From NCBI GenBank assembly GCA_963758635.1, contig CAVWWD010000002.1, positions 1 to 64,000 on the forward strand: a DNA stretch of 64,000 nucleotides. The letters are read 5' to 3'. Origin of the DNA: an uncultured Candidatus Rokubacteria bacterium. GTDB taxonomy: Bacteria; Methylomirabilota; Methylomirabilia; Rokubacteriales; CSP1-6. The translations under genes and the position numbers were made by a program. How positions within the stretch are numbered: the first letter of the stretch is position 1; each line of letters starts with the position of its first letter. Below, piece after piece: positions 10,103-19,922 of this stretch. The notes beneath the pieces were generated by a model that was given only the letters and a program-made list of their open reading frames with translations, searched no databases and was not told the origin of the DNA.

Positions 10103-11155
10103 TCAATAGCCGTCGGCCCAGTCTACGACGTTCGTCAGCGGCCGCCCCTCGAGGTACGCGCGCAGGTTGTCGCAGAAGAGCTCGATGCCCCGGTGCCCGC
10201 GCACGTCGGTGCCGCCGGAGACGTGAGGCGTGATGAGCACGCGCTCGTCGTCCCACAGCCGCCGGTCCGGCTCGCGCTCGAACTCGCCCGCGTAGACGTC
10301 GAGCGCCACCCCGCGCAGCCGGCCCGCGGCGAGGGCGGCGACCAGCGCCTCCTCGTCCACGATCTCGCCGCGCGCCACGTTCACCAGGATGGCGCCGGGC
10401 TTCATGGCGGCGAAGGCCTCGCGGCCGATCAGCCCCGTCGTCTCCGGCGTCCACTGGCAGCAGACCGCCACGGCGTCGCTCTCGGCGAGGAGCGTGTGAA
10501 GCGCCTCGGGGCCCTCGAGACGGCTGAACCCGTCGGGCCGCTTGGCGCCGGGCGCGACCCGCCGGCGTGTGCCGACCACGCGCATGCCGGCGCCGGCGCA
10601 GAGCTGCCCCACCGCCTGCCCGATGCCGCCGGCGCCGACGACGCAGACCGTCTTCCCCTCGAGGAGCATGGGGCGATACGCGGCGTGGTCGAAGCGGCCC
10701 CGCTCCCGATCACGCGAGGCGCGGTGAAGGCCACGGGCGAAGTGCAGCACGCTGGCCAGGACGTACTCGGCCATGGGCCGGACGTTCCCGACGCCGCGCG
10801 AGGTGGTGACGACGACGTCGCTGCCCCAGAGATCCCCGCGGAGCAGGTTGCTCGCCCCCGCCGGAAGCTGGTGGAACCAGCGCAGCCGCGGCGCGCGGGC
10901 GCGGAGGTCGAGCGGGAACGGAAAGCCGCCGAGGACGATCTCCGCGGTGGCCAGCGCGCGGTCGCGCTCCTCGCGCGACGTGGCCGGCTCGGCGCGGCGG
11001 CCCACGTAGCGCTGGACCGTCCATGCCGGCCAGCTCTCGCCGAACTCGCCGTCGAACCAGCCACGGGCGTCGACGACGCGGAGGCTCGGGTGGACCGCGG
11101 CGATACGGCCCAGCGCCTCGTCGGGTGTCGGCACGATCACCACAACGTCCCTCAT
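10103..11155 (-). CDS. D-2-hydroxyacid dehydrogenase (NAD-binding)
   Basis: VGAGGIG, NVARGEIVDE, ALDV, ITPHVSG; start uncertain. Confidence 0.88.
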   Translation of the reverse strand: MRDVVVIVPTPDEALGRIAAVHPSLRVVDARGWFDGEFGESWPAWTVQRYVGRRAEPATSREERDRALATAEIVLGGFPFPLDLRARAPRLRWFHQLPAGASNLLRGDLWGSDVVVTTSRGVGNVRPMAEYVLASVLHFARGLHRASRDRERGRFDHAAYRPMLLEGKTVCVVGAGGIGQAVGQLCAGAGMRVVGTRRRVAPGAKRPDGFSRLEGPEALHTLLAESDAVAVCCQWTPETTGLIGREAFAAMKPGAILVNVARGEIVDEEALVAALAAGRLRGVALDVYAGEFEREPDRRLWDDERVLITPHVSGGTDVRGHRGIELFCDNLRAYLEGRPLTNVVDWADGY

Positions 11156-11289
11156 CGGCGGCATCGTCGCCAGGTTCCAAGGCCCTCCCATGGCAGGAGA
11201 TCGCGCGACGCATCTCGGGGCCGGACGGCAGGCGCATCGAGCGGGGCGCGATACGCATCTTCAGCCCGGAGGGCGGGATCATCAAGGGC

Positions 11290-12849
11290 TCATCGCGCTT
11301 TGAGGCGGACCTCCTCGAGCGGCGCCGACCACGGGTACGGGTTGATCAGCATCAGCGCGGCCTCGGCCACGCGCGGCCCGATGCCGCTCGGCCAGTGATA
11401 CTCGAAGATGGGCACGAACCTCACGCGCTCGTGCAGGATCTGCTGGATCTGGTGCAGCATGGCCTCGCGCTTCTTCCGGTCGGTCTCGACCGCCTGCTGC
11501 CGGTAGAGCGCGTCCACGTCGGGATAGCCGCCGTAGGCGTACGTGCCCTCGCTGGGCACCACCTCCGACATCCGCGTGGCCGCATTGCCGTAGAGCGCGG
11601 TCCCGCACACGCAGATTCCGCGCAGCTTCTTCGACTGCCAGGCCGCGAAGAAGGCCGCGCGCTCCATGGGCCGCATGCGGCTCTTGATCCCCACCGCGCC
11701 GAGGTACCCCACGATCGCCTCGCCCCGGGCGAAATAGGGCGGCGTCACGTGCAGCTCGCCGGCGTCGAACCCGCTCGGGTAGCCCGCCTCGGTCAGGAGC
11801 TGCTTCGCTCGCGCCGGGTTGTAGGGATGCGGCTCGATGGGCAGCGCGAACTCGAACGTGCGCGGGATGATGCTGCCCGTCGGCTTCGAGGCGCCCAGGG
11901 TTTCCGCCTCGGAGAGCCGTTGCCGGTCGATGGCGTAGCTCGCGGCCAGCCGGACCCGCTTGTCCGCCCACGGCGACTTCGGATCCCACATGTCCAGGAA
12001 GTCCATGGCGCTGATGCCGATGCCGCCGGAGAAGGCGAGCCGCAGGTTCGGGTCCTTCTTGAGCTCCTGGGCCTCGGGCGCCTCCAGCAGGTACGCCACG
12101 TCCACCTCGCCGCGCTTGAGCATCGCCAGTCGCGTGGTGGCCTCGGGCACGCTCTTGAAGACCAGCCGCTTCACCGAAGGCGTCTTCCGCCAGTAGCCCT
12201 CGAACGCCTCCATGACCAGCTCGATGCCGACGGCGTGGCTCACGAACTTGTACGGCCCGAGCCCGATCGGATGCTTCTTGAAGCCGTCGTCGCCGACCTT
12301 CTCCACGTACTTCTTCGGCACGACCCAGCCGGTGCCCGTGACCAGCGTGCCGTAGAACGCCATGAAGTCCGGGAAGGGCTCGTGCAGGTGGAAGCGCACG
12401 CGGTACGTTCCCGCGACCTCGACGTCACGCACCTTCTCCTTGAGGATGCGGGCGCCCTTGGTCCGATGGAAGCTGAACTTCACGTCCTCGGCGGTGAAGG
12501 GATCGCCGTTGTGGAACTTCAGCCCCTCCCGGAGCTTGAACTCGTAGACGCGCTGGTCGGGGCTCACCGTCCACGACTCGGCGAGGCTGGGCGCCATGAG
12601 GTTGCCCGGCATCGGCTTCACGAGCGCGTCGTGGATCGCGTACAGCACCCAGAATGGCGTGATCTGCCCCTGCACCTCGGCGGGATCGAGCCAGACGGGC
12701 GCCAGCGTCACGTAGAGGGCCCAGCGCATCTCGCCTTCCGGCTTGGCCTGCGCGCCGGCTTCGCCGGCAAGCCCCACCACGGCGAGCGCGCCGAGCAGCC
12801 CCAGGACGACCCATCGAGATCGAGTCGAGAGCCTTTGCGTGTGGTCCAT
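11290..12849 (-). CDS. ABC substrate-binding protein family 5 (peptide/nickel-type), orphan
   Basis: PSLAESW, FKLREGLKFHNGDPFTAEDVKFS, PIGLGPYKF. Confidence 0.9.
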   Translation of the reverse strand: MDHTQRLSTRSRWVVLGLLGALAVVGLAGEAGAQAKPEGEMRWALYVTLAPVWLDPAEVQGQITPFWVLYAIHDALVKPMPGNLMAPSLAESWTVSPDQRVYEFKLREGLKFHNGDPFTAEDVKFSFHRTKGARILKEKVRDVEVAGTYRVRFHLHEPFPDFMAFYGTLVTGTGWVVPKKYVEKVGDDGFKKHPIGLGPYKFVSHAVGIELVMEAFEGYWRKTPSVKRLVFKSVPEATTRLAMLKRGEVDVAYLLEAPEAQELKKDPNLRLAFSGGIGISAMDFLDMWDPKSPWADKRVRLAASYAIDRQRLSEAETLGASKPTGSIIPRTFEFALPIEPHPYNPARAKQLLTEAGYPSGFDAGELHVTPPYFARGEAIVGYLGAVGIKSRMRPMERAAFFAAWQSKKLRGICVCGTALYGNAATRMSEVVPSEGTYAYGGYPDVDALYRQQAVETDRKKREAMLHQIQQILHERVRFVPIFEYHWPSGIGPRVAEAALMLINPYPWSAPLEEVRLKAR

Positions 12850-12853
12850 GCGT

Positions 12854-13012
12854 CTACCCTCCGTCGGGGTTCGCGGTCACGCTCCGTGAAGCGGTCGAAG
12901 TCCGGCGAGCGCGAGGGGGATCGAAGACGGAGGGGGGAGCGCGCGAGGGACTGCGCTCCCCGCGGAACCGGAGGCCTTCCGGATCGTTCTGCCGAAGGCG
13001 CGGCCACTGCAT
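12854..13012 (-). CDS. Possible 52-aa leader/small ORF
   Basis: AAAGGAGG Shine-Dalgarno before ATG 13012; in-frame TAG at 12854; below the ORF-track cutoff. Confidence 0.3.
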   Translation of the reverse strand: MQWPRLRQNDPEGLRFRGERSPSRAPPSVFDPPRARRTSTASRSVTANPDGG

Positions 13013-13075
13013 GCCGGGTGGGCCTCCTTTCCAGGAGGGGACCGGACCGGTTCCTGCGGGGAGACGACTCAGTCG

Positions 13076-13112
13076 AGACTAGGCTCGCCGGTTGCGCCGG
13101 TCAAGGCGCAAC
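13076..13112 (-). promoter_or_regulatory. Sigma70-like promoter with an inverted repeat over the -35 box
   Basis: Minus strand TTGACC-N17-TAGTCT; GTTGCGCC-ggtcaa-GGCGCAAC at 13091-13112. Confidence 0.5.
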
Positions 13113-13207
13113 GGCCGCGTGATCACCGGCTGCGCCTCACATTCCTGCGGACGTGGTGGCGCTTCATCGCCGCCGGGCGCGCCCGCCCCGCCGGACCGGG
13201 GCGCCGT

Positions 13208-13483
13208 TCACTCCTTCCCCGGGTGATCGAAGAAGCGTTCGGTGGTGTCCTCGGTCCAGAAGAACAGCCGGTGCTCCCGCGCCTCGCCGTCCGTGACGAT
13301 CCACATCTGGTCGTGCGCGGCACTCTCCTGGTCGCGCACCTTGAACTTCCAGCCGGGTTGGAGCCCGCGCTCGAACTCCTCCCAGTACTCCGCCGTCCAG
13401 CCGGAGTCAGGGCCGATGCCGAAGCGGAAGTACATCTCCTTGAACGCCTCCTTCGACACCTCGCGGAACGCCGGCTCGCTCAT
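13208..13483 (-). CDS. Hypothetical acidic/aromatic-rich protein (91 aa)
   Basis: GGAGG SD; codon usage typical of real genes; 21 bp downstream of the TM0106 gene. Confidence 0.7.
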   Translation of the reverse strand: MSEPAFREVSKEAFKEMYFRFGIGPDSGWTAEYWEEFERGLQPGWKFKVRDQESAAHDQMWIVTDGEAREHRLFFWTEDTTERFFDHPGKE

Positions 13484-13504
13484 GGGGCCTCCCTGTCGCC
13501 CGTG

Positions 13505-16500
13505 TCACCCGGCTTGCGCTTCCGCGAGGTCCACGAACCGGCAGAGCGCGTTGATCAGGCGCATCTGCTCGATGGTCCGCGCGCGGGACTCCAGGAGGCG
13601 CGGGCTCGCCACCACGATGGCCAGGCACATGGCGCGGGACACCGCCACGTTCAAGCGATTGCGCGAGAACAGGAACTCGAGCGTGCGCGGCACGTCCTCG
13701 GCGCTCGACGTGGCCATCGAGTAGAAGACCACGGGCGCCTCGCGGCCCTGGAACTTGTCGACGGTGCCCACGGGCACGTCGCCGAGGCCGGCCGAGCGCA
13801 GCGCCTCCCGCAGCCGTCGCACCTGCGCGTTGTAGGGGGCGACCACCATGAAATCCGTCTCGCGGAGCGGCCGCGTGTCGCCGTCCTCTGTTCGTCCACT
13901 TGCCGCCGACCATCCCGCGGATCTCCGCGGCGACCGCTCTCGCCTCCTCCGTCGAGGCCGAGGCGTTGCCGAGGTGATGCACCGGCCGGAACCGGAGCCC
14001 GGTCCCGAAGTCCGTGGCCTGGCGGGCCACCTCCGGGCACGCCGTCCAGGCGGCTCTCGTACACGACCTCGGAGATGAAGCGGCACACGTCCGGATGCAT
14101 GCGGCGCGTGCGCTCGAGGAAGACGCCCCGGTCCGGGGGAATGGTCGCGTGCGCGCCGAGCAGGTGCTCGAGCACCGACGCCTCCGTGCCCGGCGGATGC
14201 GTGCCCTGGGAGACCTGGGCGAGCTGGAGCGGATCGCCCAGCAGGACGACGTTGCGCGCGGCGGCGCCCATGGCGAGGGCATCGGCCAGCGACACCTGCC
14301 CGGCCTCGTCGATCACGAGCGTGTCGATCATGGGCGTCGCGCCGCCGTCGAGGTCGCGGTGGGCGAAGAGCCAGGACGTGCCCGCGAAGAGGAGCACGTC
14401 GGGGCGGGCGCCGGCGAAGTCCGCCACCTCCCGCGCGTTGGTGATGGAGTCGCCGTGGTAGAGCGACTCGTCGTTGGTGTCGGAGCACTTCTTGAGGCCG
14501 CGAAAGCGGACCCCTTCCTCGCGCGCCGCCTTCTCGACCTCGGCGAGCAGGTTGTGGATCGCCTTGTGGCTGGTCGCCGCGACGCCGACACGGCGGCCGA
14601 GCCGCATCAGCGCGGTGACCAGTCGCGCCCCCGTCCACGTCTTCCCGGTGCCTGGCGGGCCCTGGATGAAGAGGTAGCTTCCGTCGAGCGCGGAGGTCAG
14701 GCCGCGCAGCTCCTCGGTGTCGATCGTCTGGACGCTTCCGCCCGCCGGACGGCCGCGGAGCCGGGGCGCGTTCCGCGCCAGGATGTCGCGCAGCGCCGGG
14801 TAGCGGCCGTCGCCGGCAAGCATGGAGGCGGCCAGCCGGCCCAGCGCGCGCCGCTGCTCGGTCGTGGTGAGTGGTCCTCCCGGAACGAGCGCCCGCGGCA
14901 ACGGGACATCCGCCAGGCCCGGCCCCCGCCGGAGCTCCAGGGTGCCACCAACGTCGTCCACGTCCACGATGGTCCCGGCCAGCTTCCTGGTCGCGGGGTC
15001 GTACGGCTTGTCGCCCGCGCCGAGCTTGTGCTGCTGAGGGGGGAACGCGAGCCGGTGCCTGAGAGATTTCTTGTCGGGGATGCCGCGCCCGACCGGGGCC
15101 AGCCCGCCGATCGACTCCGCGTCGTCGACGAGTTCCTCGACCGTCATCTGGTTGAGCCGCTCGAAGAACCACCACCACCCGGGCCGGGCTTCCCGGCGGT
15201 GGTACTCGAGCAGCTCGCCGGCCAGCCACCGTGGCGATCCGGGCTCCGCGCCCTCGACGAGGGCGGCGCGCAGCGCGCCGCGCTCGCCGGCATCGGCGTC
15301 GTCGCGGGCGGCGACGGCTTCCACGTCCGCCCAGGACGCGTCGTCCGGGCGCCGGGCCACGAGCCAGTCGCGGAGCGCGAGCGTGGCGCGGCAGTCCTCG
15401 TCGTTGTAGGCGGCGATGCTCTCGAGCCGCGCCGGGTCGCCCGTGTCCATCCAGCGCTCGTAGGCCAGGACGGCGCGCGTGCCGCTCTTCACATCGGCCC
15501 GGCGCTCGAACTCGGCCAGCGCCTCGATCTCCTTCAGCGAGTAGCTCCCGACCCCCGCCCGGAGCCCCTGGCGCACCACCGTGTGGAGGTTCACGAAGAC
15601 CTTCCGCCGCAGCAGCTCGTCGACCGCGTCCTCGCGGCTCGCGTAGATGCCCATCAGCTGCGTGATCGCCGCTTTCTCGTAGGCGCCGTAGTGGTACACG
15701 TGCATGCCGGGATCCCGGGCGAGGCGCTCGTGGACGAGGTCCACGAACCCCTCGAACAGCCGGCGCTCCTCGACCCGGTCGTGGGCCCACATCGGCTGGT
15801 AGCGCCAGTCCGCGCCGTCGCGGAGGACGAGGCCGAACAGGAAATGGAGGCCGCGCGCCGGCTCCCAGAACGGATCGCCCTCGATGTCGAAGATCACGTC
15901 TCCGGCCGACGGTCGAGGCAGCAGGGAGAACCCGCGGCCCGCGTCGGCCGGGATCGCGATGCCAGTCGAGGCGGCCCGTGGTCCGCCGAGCGAGCTGGAG
16001 CGCCGCCTGATCGCGAAGCGTCGCCGAGCGCAGAGTCGGCCACGCCCTCCACGCGCGCCTCGGGCGGCGACGTCGCGAGGGTGGCGAGCGTCGGCAGCCC
16101 GGCGCCGCGCAGGAGCTCCACCTGGTCGCGGCGGACGTTCGCGACGAGCGAGAGATGGTCCTCCGCCTCCCAGCGGTCCGCGCACACGCCGCGGAACTGG
16201 CAGAGCGCGCAGTGGTCGACGGGGTATGGCTCGGTGGCCCCGGCGTGGCGACGACGGCCTCGAACCCGGCGCGCACGCGACGGTAGTACGCGGCGAAGTC
16301 GTCGTAGCGCAGCGAGATCTGCTCGCCCACCCCGAGCAGCACGTGCATGCGCTCCGGCGGCGCGCCCTGGATGGCGGCGATCCCGTCGCTGTAGAAGCAG
16401 AGCTGGAGGACGTAGGTCGGCTTCTCGGCGCGGGCCAGCTTGGCATCGAGCGGCTCGTAGCCCCACGCGCCGAGGCTCGTGGCTCTCGGAACCTTCAGCA

Positions 16501-16849
16501 GGAAGTCGGCGCGGCCGCGCCACCGGCCCGCCACGAACGTGGCCTGCGAGATCACGTCGGCGCCCGCCCGCATGGCGTCCGCGGTCCGGCGCGCCGCGGT
16601 GTCGAAGTCCCACGATCCGCCGAGCGGCACGTCCACGATCGTGCGCCCCTCCTTCCGCAGGCTCTCGAGGTGCGCGCGCTCGTGCTCCTCGCCCTTCCGC
16701 CGGAGGAGGTCGCTCTCCTGGTCGGCCAGGTACGGGCGAGGCCGCTGCCCGAGCGCCACCTCGAGCGCGAGCGTGGTGAGGTGGGCGCACTCGACGTGAT
16801 CGTTCAGGTCGGAGGGGGAGAGGATGATCTGCCCGGCGACGTTCTGCAT
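13505..16849 (-). CDS. TM0106-family RecB-like nuclease + RNase_H_2 + SF1 (Upf1/DNA2-like) helicase; about 4 apparent frameshifts
   Basis: LSPSDL, GRADFL..EPLDAKLA..LQLCFY; FDIEGDPF, YHYGAYE, YSLKEIE, YNDEDC; IQGPPGTGKT, IDEAGQ, LLGDPLQL, RRMHP, APYNAQV, GTVDKFQGRE, NRLNVAVSRA. Confidence 0.9.
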   Translation of the reverse strand: MQNVAGQIILSPSDLNDHVECAHLTTLALEVALGQRPRPYLADQESDLLRRKGEEHERAHLESLRKEGRTIVDVPLGGSWDFDTAARRTADAMRAGADVISQATFVAGRWRGRADFLLKVPRATSLGAWGYEPLDAKLARAEKPTYVLQLCFYSDGIAAIQGAPPERMHVLLGVGEQISLRYDDFAAYYRRVRAGFEAVVATPGPPSHTPSTTARSASSAACARTAGRRRTISRSSRTSAATRWSSCAAPGCRRSPPSRRRRPRRAWRAWPTLRSATLRDQAALQLARRTTGRLDWHRDPGRRGPRVLPAASTVGRRRDLRHRGRSVLGAGARPPFPVRPRPPRRRGLALPADVGPRPGRGAPAVRGVRGPRPRAPRPGSRHARVPLRRLRESGDHAADGHLREPRGRGRRAAAAEGLREPPHGGAPGAPGGGRELLAEGDRGAGRVRAPGRCEERHARRPGLRALDGHGRPGAAREHRRLQRRGLPRHARAPRLARGPAPGRRVLGGRGSRRRPRRRRCRRARRAARRPRRGRGARIATVAGRRAARVPPPGSPARVVVVLRAAQPDDGRGTRRRRGVDRRAGPGRARHPRQEISQAPARVPPSAAQARRGRQAVRPRDQEAGRDHRGRGRRWWHPGAPAGAGPGGCPVAAGARSGRTTHHDRAAARAGPAGRLHACRRRPLPGAARHPGAERAPAPRPSGGRKRPDDRHRGAARPDLRARRKLPLHPGPARHREDVDGGATGHRADAARPPCRRRGDQPQGDPQPARRGREGGARGRGPLSRPQEVLRHQRRVALPRRLHHQRAGGGGLRRRPPRRAPLRGHVLALRPPRPRRRRDAHDRHARDRRGRAGVAGRCPRHGRRRAQRRPAGRSAPARPGLPGHASAGHGGVGARAPARRARDHSPGPGRLPRAHAPHASGRVPLHLRGRVREPPGRRARRWPARPRTSGPGSGSGRCITSATPRPRRRRRERSPRRSAGWSAASGRTEDGDTRPLRETDFMVVAPYNAQVRRLREALRSAGLGDVPVGTVDKFQGREAPVVFYSMATSSAEDVPRTLEFLFSRNRLNVAVSRAMCLAIVVASPRLLESRARTIEQMRLINALCRFVDLAEAQAG

Positions 16850-16866
16850 CGGCTCCCGCTACGAGC

Positions 16867-17143
16867 CTACGGCTGTTTCGCGAGCCGCTCGATCTCGCCG
16901 ACCACGCGCTGGAGCTCCCCGGCCAGGCGCTCCGGCCCCACCCGGAGGAAGGTGTCGGCCAGGGCCCGGTAGTCCCAGAGCGTCGGCGATGGCCTCGTCC
17001 TCGGTCGCGCCGTGCTCGAGCGCGATGCTGGCCACGCCGAGGAGGTGGGAGACGTACGGAATGCTCGTGCCCTTCCGGACCTGCGCGGCGTGGAGCCGGG
17101 CCGCGAAGACCAGCGCGTCCTCGAAGCGTGCGGACAGCGGCAT
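16867..17143 (-). pseudogene. HD-domain (RelA/SpoT-hydrolase-like, HD_4) gene with a large internal deletion
   Basis: HAAQVRKGTSIPYVSHLLGVA..ATEDEAIA jumps directly to the C-terminal TLWDYRALADTF; the LLHD motif and central region are absent. Confidence 0.75.
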
Positions 17144-17242
17144 CGGACGACGTGGGATCCCGCAGGGACCGGCGCTCGACACGCTCTTACGCGAACGAGC
17201 GGGGCGCCGGTCCGCTCTCGCGGGATCCGCGAATGCGTCGGG

Positions 17243-18457
17243 TCAGATGACGTCCTGCGTCTTCAGCTCTTCCAGCTGGCTCGGGGTCATGCCCAGCCAC
17301 TCGCCGTAGATCGCCGCGTTGTGCTCGCCGAGGAGCGGGGAGCGATCCACCGGCACGTGCGAGTCGGACATCTTCACCGGCCAGCCGGGCAGCGTGAACT
17401 TGCCGCGCTTGGGATGGTCCACGGTGACGATCATCTCGCGCTTCTGGATCGCCGGGTCCTGGGCGATCTCCATCGTGTCGTAGACGGCCCCGGCGGGGAC
17501 GCCGGCGTCGCCCAGGACCTGCATCACCTCGGCCTTGGTGCGGCTCTGGGTGAACTCGGTCAGGATGCGGTCCACCTCGTCGTGGTGGGCCCACCGCTGC
17601 TCCGGCGAGTTGAAGCGCGCGTCGCCGATCAGCTCCTCGCGGCCGATGGCCTTCAGCAGCCGATCCCAGTGCCGGTTGCCGGCGCGGGTGGTGTAGATGA
17701 AGCAGTAGTCGTTGAGCCCGCCGCCCTTGCACTTGTAGAGGCCGCTCGGCGCCGTGGTGCCGAGCGCGCTCCGGTTGCCCGAGCGCACGGCCGCCTTGCC
17801 GGTCGCGGCCTGGCGCGCGAAGGCGATGCGACTGAAGTTGATCACCGCGTCCTGCATGGCCACCTTGACGTGCTGGCCCCGGCCGGTGCGCTCGCGCTGG
17901 TGCAGCGCGGCCAGGATGCCGATGGCGCAGTGGAGCCCCGTGCCCGTGTCGCCGATGGTGGGCCCGGGCTTGAGCGGCTCGGTCTCCGTGGTGCCGGTGA
18001 GGCTGAGCGCGCCGCCCACGGACTGGGCGATCATGTCGAAGCTCACGTAGTTCTCGTAGGGGCCCTCGCCGAAGCCCTTCACCTGCGCGTAGATGAGCCG
18101 CGGGTTGACCTTCTGGACGACGTCCCAGCCGAAGCCCAGCCGCTCGATGGCCCCCGGGGCGAAGTTCTCGATCATCACGTCGGCCTGCTTCAGCATGTCG
18201 ATGAAGATGGCGCGGCCGCGCTCGCTGGACAGGTTCAGCGTGACGCTGCGCTTGTTCGCGTTCAACAGCATGAAGTAGTGCGAGTCCACCCCCTTGGTGT
18301 CGGTGGACGCGCCGCGCCCCTGGTCGCCGCCCTTGGGGTTCTCGACCTTGATGACGTCGGCCCCCAGCCAGGCGAGCGCCTCGGTGCACGAGGTCCCGGC
18401 CTCGAACTGGGTCAGATCGAGCACCTTCACGTCCTGGAGCGCGGTCTTCTGTGTCAT
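17243..18457 (-). CDS. Class III CoA-transferase, formyl-CoA transferase-like
   Basis: VLDLTQFEAGTSCT, YFMLLNANKRS, ENFAPG, GDTGTG, SPLLGEHN. Confidence 0.9.
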   Translation of the reverse strand: MTQKTALQDVKVLDLTQFEAGTSCTEALAWLGADVIKVENPKGGDQGRGASTDTKGVDSHYFMLLNANKRSVTLNLSSERGRAIFIDMLKQADVMIENFAPGAIERLGFGWDVVQKVNPRLIYAQVKGFGEGPYENYVSFDMIAQSVGGALSLTGTTETEPLKPGPTIGDTGTGLHCAIGILAALHQRERTGRGQHVKVAMQDAVINFSRIAFARQAATGKAAVRSGNRSALGTTAPSGLYKCKGGGLNDYCFIYTTRAGNRHWDRLLKAIGREELIGDARFNSPEQRWAHHDEVDRILTEFTQSRTKAEVMQVLGDAGVPAGAVYDTMEIAQDPAIQKREMIVTVDHPKRGKFTLPGWPVKMSDSHVPVDRSPLLGEHNAAIYGEWLGMTPSQLEELKTQDVI

Positions 18458-18544
18458 GTGTGGACCCTCTCGTCAGCGAGAACGGTTAGATGTGTCGCAC
18501 GGTTGACATCGTCCCCGAGCTCAGTGGTACGCCGCCGCCCCGAC

Positions 18545-19408
18545 TCACTCGCCTTCCAGAGCGCTCGCGTCGGCCACGATGATCTTGGTGCCGTCGGCCT
18601 TCTCGCAGTACACGGTGACGTCGGCGCGCGTCCGATTGCCCTCCGCGCGACGGCCGGTGATGACCCCGCGCGTGACGAAGGGCTCGTTCGGCCACAGCAC
18701 GTTGGTGAACTTCACGTCGAGGCGCCCGCCCTGGTAGAAGCCGCGGCCGAAGTGCCGCGTCAGGAGCTCGGTGACGCACGAGAGCGTCATGCGGCCGCCG
18801 ATCACCGTGTCGCCGAAGCCGAGCTCCTTCGAGGCGGCCTTGTCGTTGTGGTAGTTCCGGCTCTTGAAGAAGAACTCGTTGCACATCTCGTCGGTGAACG
18901 TCTTGCGGAGCTCGAGCGACAGCGGCTCGCCCGTCGCGTCGGCCACGCGCTTGGCGCCTTCCTTGCTGGACGGGTCGCGCAGCGCGACTTCGCCGGTGGT
19001 CTGCTCGGCCAGGAAGCTCTGGTGATGCATGCTGCGCGCGACGAGCTGCCCGGCCTGGTCGCGCACCCACATCTCCATGGCGACCACGTCGCGGTCGCGC
19101 CGGCGGTAGCGGTCGGCCACGCGCGCGGTGCAGCGCAGGACCTGCCCGACGCGGGTGGGCGCGTGGATCTCCCACTCCTGGCGCCGCCACAGGTTGCCGA
19201 AGAGGTTGTCGAGGTACCAGCCCTTGAACTCGGTGTCCACCTGCTGGTAGACGATGACCGGCGCCACCGGCCCGCCGAAGGGCGACGCCGTCGTGTACCA
19301 GGGGTTCGGCTCGTCGAGCCCCTTGATGTAGTGGTCCACCATCTCGGCGGTCACCGTGACATCGAGCGCGCCGAGGTCCTTGCCCGGGTGCACGTCCGTC
19401 GTCGGCAT
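18545..19408 (-). CDS. Double hot-dog (MaoC-like) dehydratase family protein
   Basis: SPFGGPVAP; NYHND..AS..GFGDTVIGG; LDVKFTNVLWP. Confidence 0.75.
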   Translation of the reverse strand: MPTTDVHPGKDLGALDVTVTAEMVDHYIKGLDEPNPWYTTASPFGGPVAPVIVYQQVDTEFKGWYLDNLFGNLWRRQEWEIHAPTRVGQVLRCTARVADRYRRRDRDVVAMEMWVRDQAGQLVARSMHHQSFLAEQTTGEVALRDPSSKEGAKRVADATGEPLSLELRKTFTDEMCNEFFFKSRNYHNDKAASKELGFGDTVIGGRMTLSCVTELLTRHFGRGFYQGGRLDVKFTNVLWPNEPFVTRGVITGRRAEGNRTRADVTVYCEKADGTKIIVADASALEGE

Positions 19409-19582
19409 GAGCGCGATCCTCCTGGTCATGTGCTTGCTATCGCGTGCGGCGATGTGGGGCTTCGGGGCCCCGCCCCTCCCTGATACAGCAAAGGCCCGGC
19501 ATGGGCAAGGCGCTCCGCGGCGGAAGGATGGTCCGCGCGTCCCTCCGTCGACCATGCATGCACAGCATGTACGATCAGGGCC

Positions 19583-19822
19583 ATGCGAACCACCATCGAG
19601 ATGAAGCCGGAGCATCGCGCGCGGCTGTTGGAGCTGGCCGCGCTACGAGGTCAGAAGGGCTTCTCGGAGCTCATTGGCGAGGCGCTCGACGCCTACCTGA
19701 GCGCCCAGGCCGGCAAGACCGAGAAGCGGAGGCGAGCCCGCCTCCTGCAGGGCGCCCTGTCGATGAAGGAGGCCCGGACGCTGCGGGACACGACCACCCA
19801 GATCCGAGGGTCATGGCGATGA
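19583..19822 (+). CDS. VapB-like RHH antitoxin
   Basis: MRTTIEM...FSELIGEALDAYL; ATGA overlap with a PIN-like start. Confidence 0.7.
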   Translation: MRTTIEMKPEHRARLLELAALRGQKGFSELIGEALDAYLSAQAGKTEKRRRARLLQGALSMKEARTLRDTTTQIRGSWR

Positions 19823-19922
19823 TGGTGGCCGACACCGACGTCCTCATCGACTTCCTCGCGGGCGCCCAGCCCGCGGCTCGCCGCATCGCCCTGGAGCTCT
19901 CGCTGGGCTCGATCTCGACGTC
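19819..19922 (+). pseudogene. Truncated VapC/PIN toxin (about 34 codons)
   Basis: MMVADTDVLIDFL PIN N-terminal motif; homology ends abruptly at the stop of the convergent amidohydrolase. Confidence 0.7.
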
